Part shown: positions 45,264 through 56,697 of the stretch, in pieces
Numbering within the stretch: the first letter of the stretch is position 1
Layout: each line of letters begins with the position of its first letter
Source of the DNA: Diplonema japonicum
Lineage: Eukaryota; Protista; Euglenozoa: Diplonemea
Length of the DNA: 64,000 bases
Direction: 5' to 3'
Assembly (NCBI GenBank): GCA_964019335.1
Contig: OZ025704.1
Location: 186,001-250,000, forward strand
The notes under the pieces: generated by a model
The model's input: only the letters and a program-made list of their open reading frames with translations
What the model was told of the DNA's origin: nothing
Databases searched by the model: none
Translations under genes and position numbers: made by a program

Positions 45264-45794
45264 CCTTAGATTTTTTTTTTTTATATTATAAAAAAGAAAG
45301 ACTGTTCAGTTCCGGTAAGAAAAAACAAAAAAAAAAGATTCAAAGAGAAAAGAAAAAGAAAATAATTAAGGCCCATCGTGGGAAGGTTCAGCCCGTCTTC
45401 AGAATGGACTGTATGAAATGGATTGTAAAACATGGAGGGGGGGGGGGGGGGGGGGTGGGGGTGGGTTGGTCTTTCCCACACACTGTGCTCTTAAAAAAAA
45501 AAGTTTACCCTCCGTCACCCCCCCCCCCCCCCCCCTGACCCCCTTAAGTTTTTTTTCACATTGTAAAACTGTAAACCCTGTTTCTCTTTTGCATGAGCTA
45601 GAAGAGTTGAAGAACCAATAGACAGAGTAAAAAAGGGAAAAGCAGCCAAGCTGGCTAGGGGTTCGGAAGACAACCGAAGAAGGAGAACACAATGGAAAAG
45701 AACAAGAGGGGCATCTCACAAATACCTCCATTAGGAAGTAGGGGGGGAAGTAGGGGAAAACAGGAAAAAAAAAAAAAAAAAAGAATCAGCAAAA

Positions 45795-46130
45795 ATGGGA
45801 AAGAACATTTCCAAAGAGAAGATGAATGAGTTCAAGGATGCGGCGAAGGGGAAGTGTATGCATTATAAAAAAAAAAAAAAAAGAAAAAAAAAACCACTGC
45901 AGTTGACGAAAAAGAGATTAAGCACATGTACAAGTTGTTCCATAAGGCTGCCCCTTCTGGAAAAATGGGCAAACCTGAGTTCAAAAAGTATATCGGTATG
46001 TAAATGGGGGGGGGGGGGGGGGGGGGGACACACGCCCACAGACGATCTTGCGTTATTCAAGAAGGTGGATCAGAATGAAGAATATGATCAACTCTTCCGG
46101 GGGTACGACAGGAACCGGGATGGGGTATGG

Positions 46131-46161
<31 letters not shown>

Positions 46162-46628
46162 CCAGACGATTTCGTTTAAGGAATACCTACAGTACCACCT
46201 GGGCATAGTTTTCTCAACAGAGGAGTTGTTTGAGAGTATGAAGAGGGGAAAATAAATTCCGAGAAAAAAAAAAATAAAGTTGTCTTTTCGATGTATGATG
46301 CCGATGGCAATGGGTACATCACGAAGGAGGAGCTTGAAGAGGTTGTCACCAACAGCACAAGGTGGATGGGGGACTGTGATGTGGAAAGCAAAGAGGTGCA
46401 AGACCTGGTGAAGCAGGAGGTGGAGAAGGTAATGAAGGGAAAAAAAAAAAAAAAAAAAAAAAAAAACAGATTGTTAGCTTTGTAGATTCGAACCGTGATG
46501 GGCAGATCAGCAAAGAAGAGCTCAGTCTCGCAGCAGAGAAGCACCCTGAGCTTTTGGAAAAGGTATGAGAAGATGAGGAATGAGGGGAGGGGAAAAAAAA
46601 AAAAACACAGCTGAAGAACCTTGCGTAA
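45795..46628 (+). CDS. NCS-1/frequenin-like N-myristoylated EF-hand protein, 7 exons (45795-45855, 45903-45995, 46042-46124, 46166-46235, 46280-46428, 46470-46562, 46611-46628)
   Basis: MGKNISK, FDEKEIKHMYKLF..APSG, and EF-hands DRNRDGTISFKE, DADGNGYITKEE, DSNRDGQISKEE are rebuilt across six 41-48 nt introns. Confidence 0.88.
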
Positions 46629-47600
46629 ACTAGGAGGGAAAGTTTTTCTTTTTTTAGATACCTCCATCCCCCACCCTCCCCTTTGTTTATTTCTTTCTTC
46701 TTTTACTGTTTCCTCACCCCCCCGTCCCCCCCCCCCCCCCTTTTTCTTTTTCGTCACGCAAAAGAACAAAAAAAAGTGAGGGAAAAAAATGAAGGAGCAT
46801 TTCTTTTTTTTCTTCTTTTTGGAATTTGTGCTTTTATTCGTACCCTTCCCCCTTTTTTCCTCATGAAAAAAAAAACAGGGGGGGAGGGCTTTAGTGGGCT
46901 GGTTAAACTATTTTTGATTCATGGTTTTCTCTATTTTTTTTTTGTCATTGAGTTGGCATAGCGCACGAGGGGTAAGGGCAAAGGGAGATGAGAGAAAAAA
47001 AAAAGGAGGAGGAAAAGGAGAGAAAAAAAAAGAAGAAAAAACAAAGAGTGGCTTGTGCGCAGCTCTTTTTTTTTTTTTTTTTTTTTTTTGGTTGGTGGGT
47101 TTTCCCCACCAGACTTTCTACTGCAAATAGCATTCTCAAGTGTCCTGCATGCCCTTTTATTTCTATTGTTCCCCAAGTTTGTAAGAGAAAAAGATGAAAG
47201 AAGAAACTAGAAACTAACCCATTTTTCCGCCAGAGTTTACCCCTTTCCATTTTATTTTAATTTTTCCCCCGTGCATGTGTATGGCAGTGGGGTGCGCAAA
47301 GCTTTTTCTTCTTTTACCTCATAGAAACATTTCTTTTCAAAAAGAGAGAAAGACGGGGGGGGGGGGGGCTGGGAAAGAAAAAAAGATGCAAAAAAAAAAA
47401 AAACAGCAACACACCGTGTCTTTTTTTTTCTCTTTTTTTTTATAGGTTTTTCTCATCACTCTCCTTATTCCCCCCTTTATTTCACCCACCCCAATTTCCC
47501 CCTTTTTTTTTCCCCCTTGAAGCCAAAAGACAAAGGGCGGTGAGCGCGAAAACGTGCACCTTTGAAAGTCCAGTTTTTTTTTTTTTTTTCTGCATTCCTT

Positions 47601-47636
<36 letters not shown>

Positions 47637-47831
47637 CCCCGTTCTCAATGCTCCATTTCCCCGCCCCATTCTTTTTATTTTATTTTATTTTATTTTATTT
47701 CTCTCCGCGAGGGGAGGGGAAAAAAAAAAAAGAAGGGAAAAAAATAGGAAAAAAAAACTGCAGGCCACTGAAAACAAAGAAAATGGTATAAAAAACCAAA
47801 CGAGAAAAAAGAAGAAAAAAAGAAGAAAAAA

Positions 47832-49455
47832 ATGACCACCCGAGTAGCAACTGTAAAGAAGGTCGCCCCGATCAATGCTGGTGAAAAAGCAGTCAAAATG
47901 TACCCCAATCTTCCTATATTCTGGGTGGGGGACGTGCGAAAGGTGACGAAATCTGGGAAGAAAACCGTAGATAGGGTACTGCTGGCAACCGCGAGAATGC
48001 TGTTTTTATGCAACAAAACCAGGGTAAGACGGGCCATCTCTTACGACCAAATCACAGAGGGCTACTACAAGGAGAAGGGCGGGGAGATGGAATTCTTGCT
48101 AGAGATTCGAAACGAAGACACATTGCAATGGAGAACGATGAAAAACAGCTTTGTCCTAGACATAATCGACCCATGGAGCGCAATCAATGCAATATCCAGT
48201 CTACGGGCAAGGTACTTCCACGGTGACGGCTTGGTTATGAAACAGGCAGACGACACCGTTATCTCTCAAAGGAGGATCACAACTACCGCTCCAGAAAATC
48301 TCAAAAAAAAAGTCGCGCTAGAACACCCAGAACCCAAACCCGGCCCCAACGAACTGTTAGTGCCCAAAACAGCACGGGCCATCGGTGCCACATTGGGCAG
48401 CGATCTCGCATTGACCCATATTGCCCCTGATTCCGCAATCGCGAGCGTTCCAGGTTCTGAAGCTTTTCTCAACAGAATTCTGACACATGTTGATGCCCTG
48501 CCTGTGAAGACAGTCGTGGAGGTCCGGCAGGTTATTGATGGTTCTTACGGCCGGTCGGTGTTGTTCACGTTTCGTGAGTCCGCTTCTCTTCCTCTCCCCC
48601 CGACTTTCGGTGACAATATGGCTGTGGAGGTCAAGTCTGAGCCGAAGGTGAAACTACAACCGTCGCTTCCCCCGCCTACCCCTGAGGCTGTTCCTATGGC
48701 CCCAGCAGATCTTCCGAGCGTGTTGCCTGAAGTAGATGTGCCTGTTGTTGCTGGTCCTGGAATTGCTTTGTCGGTGCCATCGGGACGACGGTCGATTGTT
48801 TCTGTTCCCACTGAGATCGCGTTGTCCGAACCTCCTTTCAAACCTCCTGTGAATCGTAAATTAACGTCTGTCCCTTCATTGGTGTCTGTACCGCAGTCGG
48901 TGGTGATGACGGAAAAGGAAGAAAAAGATGTCGTTCAGCAGGTGTCATCGCAGGAAATCGCTGTCCCGCCATTGTACGCTGAAGAAAACGCGGAGCTAGA
49001 AGGAGAAGACCTGGATTTGGTTCTAAACACAATGAGCAACCTTGTGAACCGGCAGACGAAGACAGAGGAGCTGCTTGTCTCGTTGCTCACAACTATCGAT
49101 CCGACTTTTAAGACGAAAAATAATGAAATAGAATACGTTCGTGAGGGTAGTGAGTCCAGTGGAGCTGTCGAGTCAAGCAGGGCATTGGGTGTGAGAAGCG
49201 ATCCAGTGCTGCCCAAAACGAGGCCGAGTTTCAGGACGCATACCCCCGTGTCGCCAGTTTGGGAAGGTCAGGAATATCTAACGGATGAGCTTTCACCTGC
49301 TTATCAAATCACGCCTAGCAGGAACTATAACGTCGCTCCTCCGTCTTTCAATTATGTGCCATCGCCACCTCAAGCTTCGTTCTGCCCTAACTGCTCGACT
49401 GGGATGCTGGGTGCTTTCTGTCATCTTTGTGGTATTGCTGTGGGGGTCCCTCAGT

Positions 49456-49457
<2 letters not shown>
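47832..49457 (+). CDS. Hypothetical protein: N-terminal PH/TH1-like fold, PDZ-like segment, Pro-rich linker, C-terminal zinc ribbon
   Basis: 541-aa ORF with ATG after poly-A, IFWVGDVRKVTKSG..RVLLAT..LFLC, and FCPNC..FCHLCG. Confidence 0.7.
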
Positions 49458-49493
<36 letters not shown>

Positions 49494-49723
49494 AGAATAC
49501 AAAAGTCTAACTCTCTCCGGCCCGGGGAGCACAAAGAAGTTTTTAGAAGAAAAAAAAAATGGAGAAAAAAAAGAAAAAAAAGATTGAGTTTTTTTAGGCC
49601 AGGTTTTCTTCGAATTGTATTTTTTCCCTTTATTTTTTGAAACAAAATAAAAATTAAAAAAAAAAGGGGGGGGAGAACAAGAAGAAAAAAAAAAAAAGGA
49701 AGAAATCTCGCTTTTTGTTTGTC

Positions 49724-49768
<45 letters not shown>

Positions 49769-50168
49769 ACATTTCCTCTGTGGAGGGGCAGGGGGGTGGA
49801 TTCTTCTTTTAATCCCCTGCTTGTTCCTCCCTGCCAAACCTTGACTCTCTCCCTTCGTTTTTGTATCTTTCCCCCCTCCCCCTTTTTTGTATCGCCCCCC
49901 CACCCCCATTTTATCTGTCTATTTCTTTTACAAATATATTATTTCAACTGGCGCTTCATGTATGTGCGTCCAGCGTACTTCTGGGTCCGCGGGGTCCGTC
50001 GTCTTTCATCCTCCTGCTTTCGTTTCATTTTATCTCCCCGAAACTTGGGAGTGTCTCCGCCTTCGGGATGGTGCGGGTGACCACCCTGCTTCTTTGACAA
50101 CCTCAAAACGTTTATCCGTCCATAGGAAGAAAAAAAAAAAAAAAAAAAGAAAAAAAGAAAACAATGTG

Positions 50169-51320
50169 ATGGGTCACAACCGGGCAGCAAAACATGCGGA
50201 GTTTAGGTACCAGCATGAGGTGATGGACCTGGAGAAGGATTTTGAAAAAAAAGTAGGCGGGGGTTTCGGGTGCCGACCGGTCTCGATGGCCGCTTGGAAG
50301 GAGTCCATGCAAAACAGGAGGGTGAAGGGCATGGACTACCACCACTGCACAGGATGCTGTGCTCGTTGCAAGGAGGAAGACGAAAGCACCGATCTAGAGG
50401 CTGTCAAGACACTTCGATGCCACGCGAGCAAAGGGTCCATCACCATGGCGTTCCTAGTATCACTGGGAGGCATACACAACGGAGTGGAATGGCCGTCTGC
50501 AGTAGGAGAAGCTTTGGCATTTTCCAACTCGCTCCCTCTCCCATTCAGAGACATTTCAATGACACACCCAACCTCTGGCACCGTGGCAGCCTGCAGTGTC
50601 TATAAAAAGTGCGTCTCATCCTCCTACGGCACACCATTGGAAAGGCTTATAAACAAAAGCCCGCCACTGAAATTTCCGAGAAATCTGTTGTTGCTCATTA
50701 CAGTCTCGGAGTGGGGGGGAAGGCTGGCAGAAGTACAAGAAATGTTATCGATAGTAATCAGAGCAGGGGGCGACTGCTCAGAAACAGACGAGGAGGGGTG
50801 CACAGCACTGTATTACGCTAGCGGGCGAAAATGCTTCGCGAATGAGGACACCCTAACCATGCTGGCCGGCCCGAACCGTGAACTAGTCAATGCTGGGGAT
50901 ATCTACAACAGAACGCCCTTGTTCCGCGCGTGCGAAGAGGGGCTTAGCGAAATAGTCGCGATATTGTTGAAGTTAGGTGCGAGCCCCGTTTCGAAAAACG
51001 TGAACTGTTTGACCCCCCTGCACAAGGCTATAGAGGGTAACATCAACCCAACCGTTCTTGGTCTGTTGTGTAGCAAGCAGGCGGTTGAGGCACGAAGTGA
51101 CAAAGGGTGGACTCCTCTGCATTTTGCGGCGCACCACCTTTGTCCTGCCGCGATCGCCGTTCTTCTTCGGCACGGTGCTGATCCACGTGCGAAAGCGGAC
51201 ACGCCGAAGGGTATGGCGCCCATCCAGCTTGCCCGCCTCCATCAATCAGACGCGACAATCTTCCAGGGGAAAAAGGAACTCTTCAGATCGGTCATCAGAG
51301 CACTTGATTGGGGAGGATAA
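50169..51320 (+). CDS. Ankyrin-repeat protein
   Basis: Repeats GCTALYYA, RTPLFRAC, LTPLHKAI and GWTPLHFAA. Confidence 0.85.
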   Translation: MGHNRAAKHAEFRYQHEVMDLEKDFEKKVGGGFGCRPVSMAAWKESMQNRRVKGMDYHHCTGCCARCKEEDESTDLEAVKTLRCHASKGSITMAFLVSLGGIHNGVEWPSAVGEALAFSNSLPLPFRDISMTHPTSGTVAACSVYKKCVSSSYGTPLERLINKSPPLKFPRNLLLLITVSEWGGRLAEVQEMLSIVIRAGGDCSETDEEGCTALYYASGRKCFANEDTLTMLAGPNRELVNAGDIYNRTPLFRACEEGLSEIVAILLKLGASPVSKNVNCLTPLHKAIEGNINPTVLGLLCSKQAVEARSDKGWTPLHFAAHHLCPAAIAVLLRHGADPRAKADTPKGMAPIQLARLHQSDATIFQGKKELFRSVIRALDWGG

Positions 51321-51612
51321 AAAAAAAAAAGAAAGAAAATATAGGGAAAGAAAAATCACGCAGTAGTAACCGGTCACAGCTTCGTTGTGATTGGGTAGCT
51401 TTTTTTTTAGCGATGATTCTTTTTTTTTTTTTCTCTTTTTTTTTAGCGGTAGTTTTTTTTTTTTTTTAACGCCCCCCATATCTCTATATCCCGTCTCTAG
51501 TTTTTTTTGGGAAGGTTTCGAGGTAATTCTTAAAAAAAGGATCTTTGAAGAGAGAGCAATTTTTTCTGCGTCCGAAAACAAGGGGTTTTAGAGATATTGA
51601 TATGATGGCGTT

Positions 51613-51644
<32 letters not shown>

Positions 51645-51650
<6 letters not shown>

Positions 51651-52263
51651 TTAATTCTGTCAAGTTACATGAGGAAATTCCTAAAGAGCCATAAAAATCA
51701 GAAATCACTTTATCGTTCACGAGCAAAAATAAAGTGAAGAATAAAAATAAAGTAATAGGCCGAATTTGGCTTAAAAAAGTGCTGTAAAAATAAAGTAAAA
51801 TCTGATTTTTACTCTGAGCAATTTTCGGGCTTTTTCGGCATTCGTCTTCATTTTTTGCATCTGGTGGCCGCTGACACCGCCGTAGGTCAGTGGTCAGGAT
51901 CCTCGGCCACTGTTTCAGGGGTCGAGGGTTCAAGCACCGAGGGACCGTTTTTTTGACCCCGATTTTATCGAAAAAAGTTCAGGGTCCAGGATTTGATCTG
52001 GCGTCTCCACTGGCCATGCATACAGGCGTTCTTTTGCACAATACCTTGTTGATGAAGGAACCTGCAACCAGCAGTTTCTGAAGAGCGATGATCAAGTGCC
52101 GACACAAATTACACAAAACCTACAGAATTCTGTCAATTTGGCATCGCCTTCTCAGGCAATCAGGCTTAGTTTTGACATCAGTGTGAACATTTCGCAGAAG
52201 TGAACATAAAGGGTTCACAGTGTCCGAAGTTTCCTCATTTAACTTTACAAAAATTAAATAAAA
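51645..52263. mobile_element. Putative MITE with imperfect ~33-bp terminal inverted repeats
   Basis: TTTTATTTAATTCTGTCAAGTTACATGAGGAAA versus TTTCCTCATTTAACTTTACAAAAATTAAATAAAA. The interior is non-coding and homopolymer-poor. Confidence 0.6.
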
Positions 52264-52271
52264 TATCATAT

Positions 52272-52419
52272 TAAATAAAAATTAGCCAGATTTTTACTCG
52301 GAATTTTTTTTTTTTTCACTCGTTTTTTTTTGAATTTCACTCGCTTCGCTTGTGAAATTCAACTACTCGTGAAAAAAAAAAAATTCCTCGTAAAAATCAG
52401 GTAATCTGATTTTTATTTA
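52272..52419 (-). repeat. Long imperfect palindrome with periodic tandem mismatches
   Basis: Arms TAAATAAAAATTAG..GATTTTTAC..GAATTTCAC and GTGAAATTC..GTAAAAATC..CTGATTTTTATTTA around a central GCTTCGC. Confidence 0.8.
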
Positions 52420-52757
52420 GTAAATAGTCATTTTTGTAGCCCCTTCTTCTAAATATTTCTTTTCTGATATGTCACTACTAATAGTCCATTTTTAGTGGGG
52501 GACACAATCAAGAGAAAGGTTTTCCTGAGATTTTTTTTTCTCTCCCCCCTCCTTGTTTCTTTTTCTGTGTTTCTTTCAAATGATTAAATTAATTTTAGCG
52601 CTCCATTAGTTTGTGCGCACGAGCGATTTGAAAAAAAAAAATTATTTTTTTACAACTGAAAACTCCACCTATTTTTTTTTTTTTTTTTCCACAAGGACGA
52701 GGGGAGAAAAAAAGAAAAGGGGGAAGTGTTTAACCATCCTCCCTTTTTTTTTTCTGC

Positions 52758-52789
<32 letters not shown>

Positions 52790-52792
<3 letters not shown>

Positions 52793-53713
52793 ACCTGTTG
52801 CATAGGCCCCCCGTCGTTGAGCCTGTGCTTGATGTTCTGGTTCGCCTGTGACGCTGTGGTTGCGCTAGCAAACTGGTGGTTCTGCACCTCAAGGGATCTG
52901 AGAGACTTTGACAAGACGGCTTCGACAGCACATGGGGTGCTCTCAGTAATAGGGTTTTTTATGTATTTTGGCTTGGCGAGCCCTTTATTTTACTATCCCC
53001 ACTACTACCGTGAACGGTTGCGCATGTGGGACCGCCTCGTCAACCGCCCTCAAGGAAGGAAGGACTTCGGACAAAGAACTTGGCGAACCTACACCATACT
53101 AGGGATTTGGGTTTCGTTTCTGGTGGCGTTTCCCCGATTCTGTGTAGAGCTCCATCTTGCGCTGTCCTACGGGTGGATTTATGTGCTGCAGGGAATCGCC
53201 GTTCTCACGAGCTTTCTAACAACCTTCTGCGGGTTCCTAGCGGTGTGGGGAAGCTACCTGTGGAAAGCCAGCAAACGGTTTCAAATATTCTCCCTAAACA
53301 CAATGGGAGAAGACATGCGCAGGCACTATCTAGACTGTTACAAGGAAGGCCCATATGAGTTTCTCAAAAATGAAGTTGGTGAAGCAGTTTGGGTAACAGG
53401 GCAGCCTCTACCGCAGTTTCTTCTGAATTCACCTTTTTATACGTTTTACCCAGATGCTGGGCAACACTCTCCTCAAGAGATAGAGGGGAAGATGGTTGAG
53501 GGAGAACCGGCTTTGGCGGTGACTGGGCTGCATTTTCCTCCTCAAGACCCGGACTTGTCCCCTCTCCCTCAGCCCTTGTCGAGGAGGGCTAGCAACCCCT
53601 TGGTGCTTGCTGACCTTCCCCCATTCCCGCCTCATACACAGCGTATCCCAATGCAGCCTAGGGCTGGTGAAATGCAGGTTGTTGCATCATCCGATATCAC
53701 CTTTGTTGAATAG
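52790..53713 (+). CDS. Multi-pass (about 4 TM) membrane protein of unknown function
   Basis: Four hydrophobic segments and a Pro-rich C-terminal tail. ATG after poly-A. Confidence 0.7.
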
Positions 53714-54004
53714 AATTTTTTTTTTCCCCGCTCCCCTTTTTTTTTTTTTTTGTAGATTCTTTTTTTTTTTTTTAAATAAAATAGACGGTGCCAGTTATTA
53801 GTTAGAAAGACCCCTTTGTCTCCTCCCCCCCCCCTTTTTTTTATTCCTCTTTTTTTTTTCTCTGGAAGTTTTTTCAAAAAAGAAGCCAACAATCTTAGCA
53901 CAGCAGGTGCTCACGGGAGGAGGGAGGGAGGGAGGAAGGAGGAATTTCCCCTTTTTTTTTCACAAAAAAAAAAAAAAAAAACACATAAAAAAAACTATAA
54001 AAAA

Positions 54005-54583
54005 ATGGACGAAGAGGATCGGTTTTATGTGAGGTATTACATTGGACATAAGGGCAAGTTTGGCCACGAATTTTTGGAGTTTGAAGTAAAGGTGTGTTGA
54101 GGGGGGAAAATATATAAAAGAAAACACCCTTTATTTATTATTATTATTATTATTATTTTTTTTTTTTTACTTGAACAGAAAGATGGGCTGTTGCGGTACG
54201 CAAACCACACGAACTATAAATCCGAGAAGATAATCAAGAAGGAGGTGTACTGTAACAAGATAGTTCTGGAAGAGCTGAAGAAGATTATCGACAGTAGCAA
54301 AGTACTGAACGCTGACGATGACAAGTGGCCAGAGCCCGACAAGGTGGGTCGGCAAGAGCTGGAGATTGTCTCAGGCAACGAGCACATCTCATTCGTAACC
54401 ACCAAGATAGGTTCCCTGCTGGACACCAAAGACTCCCAAGACCCTGAGGGCATGGCGAACTTTTACTACTTAGTACAGGTATTTTTTTTTTTTTTTTTCA
54501 AAAAAAAATTTTTTTTTTCTCAGGACCTGAAAGCACTTGTATTCGCAGTTATGGACATGCATTTCAAAATCAAGCCCATCTAA
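54005..54583 (+). CDS. MAGO: Mago nashi, exon junction complex core (exons 54005-54091, 54179-54478, 54524-54583)
   Basis: [56 protein letters not shown]. Confidence 0.96.
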
Positions 54584-55163
54584 AAGGGAAAAAAAAGATG
54601 TTTTTTAAAGGCGGGGGGGGGGGGGGGGGGGGGGTTGGGGTGTGGGGTGTTGGTCTCTTGCCTTTTTTTTTTTTTTTCCCTCCTTTCTCGGTATGTTTCG
54701 GGGGAGGGTCTTTTTTTTTTTTTGTTGTGACTTTACTCCGCCCCCCTTTTCTCATTCTTACTTAAGAAAACGGTACCCCCTTTTTTTTTCTCTCTCTCTT
54801 TTTTTTTTTTTTTTTTTTAAAGCAAAAGTTCAGTGTTTATGTTTTTAGTGTACCCGGGGTCATTACCCTTTACTCCGTCCCCCCCCGCCTCCAACAAAAA
54901 AAAGAGAACCCCCCCCCCAAAAAAAGGGGATTGGAAAACAAAACAAAAAAAAGGGGGAGGGAAAAGCTTAAACTCCCCTTTGCTTTTCTTTAATACTTCC
55001 CCCTCCCCACATCTTTTTTTTGTCTTCCCCATTACTCCATGCAAGAGGGAAAAAAAAGGGGGGGGTGTATCAACCCTCTTAGTCTTTTTTTTAATTTATT
55101 TTATTAGTAATCACCGTTGTGTTACCTTCTTTAGCGGGAGGGGAAAAAAAAAAAGAGAAGAAA

Positions 55164-56555
55164 ATGCAGCAGAGTGAATGGATAGAGTTTCTGGACGCAC
55201 AGCCGGCGTTCTCAGGATCGGGGGAGTTTACGTTGGATCCAGTGATGAAGCTGCTAGCACTGTGTGGTGACCCCCATCTGAGGCTCCCACCAACGATCCA
55301 TGTTACGGGCACGAATGGTAAAGGAAGCGTGGTAGCATATACATCAAGGCTGCTGGCGGCAAGCGGTGAGAACGTAGCGAGTTTCACCTCACCCCATGCA
55401 GCGCCTGCTTACAAGGATCATTTGACTGTAAACTGCGAAGCCGTCAGCGACAGCGTGTTCGGCCAAGCAGCGCAACGGGTAAAAGAAGCATTATCCCGCT
55501 ACACAGACCCCACCACAACCTCAAACGAGCCCGAATATGTAAACCACCTGAAATCCATCGGCGTCATCAAAATCGGGGAGAAGACAACGCAAAAACCGAG
55601 CCAGTTCGAGCTCATCACCGCGATCTGCATCGTGGCCATGGCTGACATCATAGAACCCAAGCCTGGCGTTTGCGTCATCGAAGTCGGCTTGGGCGGAAGG
55701 GTGGACTCCACCAACATCATCCCACCTTCAGCATGCTGTGCCTTCACCTCAATCGACACCGATCACGTCAGCATCTTAGGCGACACTCCTGCTAAAATCG
55801 CCGTCGAGAAAAGCGGGATTATAAAACCCGGGACGAAGGCTGTTGTGTCGTACCCGCAGTCAGATGCGGTGCGAAAGGTGTTGCTCGACAAGTGCTCGGA
55901 GACGGGTTGCGAAGGGTTTTCTGAAGTGTCGCCGCCTTTTGAAGCACCTGCTGCTCTGCACAATTTCCCGCGGCATCAGGTGTTGAACTACATGCTGGCC
56001 TGTGAAGCAGTTCGTTGCGTCCGTCCTGACCTTCCCGTTTCAAACCTGAGCAAAGATGTGTTGTTGAATGGTTCATTGATGGCAGGCCGGTTCGAGGCGT
56101 ACCAACTTGAAGAAGGGCATTATGTGGTGTTTGATGGTGCGCACAACCCGCAGGCTGTGGAGGGTCTTGTGGAGCAGGTTGAGCTGTTTCTGAAAAGAGA
56201 TCCTGAGATAAGTGGGATTGATGTTGTGCTTGGTATTCTGTCTGACAAGGACGCTGGTAAGATAGCGAGGTCTTTTGCGCGGTTAACGACTGCTACCTTC
56301 CACCCCGTGGATGTCCCTTCCCCCCGTACCCTCCCGGCTGCTTCCCTCTTCGACTCACTGTCGACGTGCATCCCCACGGCCCGCCTTGCCGTCCCATCCA
56401 CCCTCCCCGACGTCTTGCACCGCCTCGCGCCCTCCCTCTCTAACAAAAACCCCGTCAAAACTGCTGTTCTTATCACAGGGTCGTTCTATTTGTTGAAGGC
56501 GGCGCGGGAGGCTCTCGGGTCGTCGTTTGCTTTGAATAACAAGATCTTTGTTTGA
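55164..56555 (+). CDS. folC: Folylpolyglutamate synthase / dihydrofolate synthase (FolC family)
   Basis: IHVTGTNGKGS, FTSPH, EVGLGGRVDSTN, DHVSILG, DGAHNP, TGSFYL. Confidence 0.92.
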   Translation: MQQSEWIEFLDAQPAFSGSGEFTLDPVMKLLALCGDPHLRLPPTIHVTGTNGKGSVVAYTSRLLAASGENVASFTSPHAAPAYKDHLTVNCEAVSDSVFGQAAQRVKEALSRYTDPTTTSNEPEYVNHLKSIGVIKIGEKTTQKPSQFELITAICIVAMADIIEPKPGVCVIEVGLGGRVDSTNIIPPSACCAFTSIDTDHVSILGDTPAKIAVEKSGIIKPGTKAVVSYPQSDAVRKVLLDKCSETGCEGFSEVSPPFEAPAALHNFPRHQVLNYMLACEAVRCVRPDLPVSNLSKDVLLNGSLMAGRFEAYQLEEGHYVVFDGAHNPQAVEGLVEQVELFLKRDPEISGIDVVLGILSDKDAGKIARSFARLTTATFHPVDVPSPRTLPAASLFDSLSTCIPTARLAVPSTLPDVLHRLAPSLSNKNPVKTAVLITGSFYLLKAAREALGSSFALNNKIFV

Positions 56556-56697
56556 AACGAATGTTTTTTTTTTGTTTCTTTTCTCTTTCCCCCCCCCTCC
56601 CTTTGATTGGTTTCGCAGATCTGTTTTTTTTTTTATCACTTGCTTTGAGTCAACAAGATACAATCCTGATAAGGACGGTGGGAGGGAGAGGGGGCCC

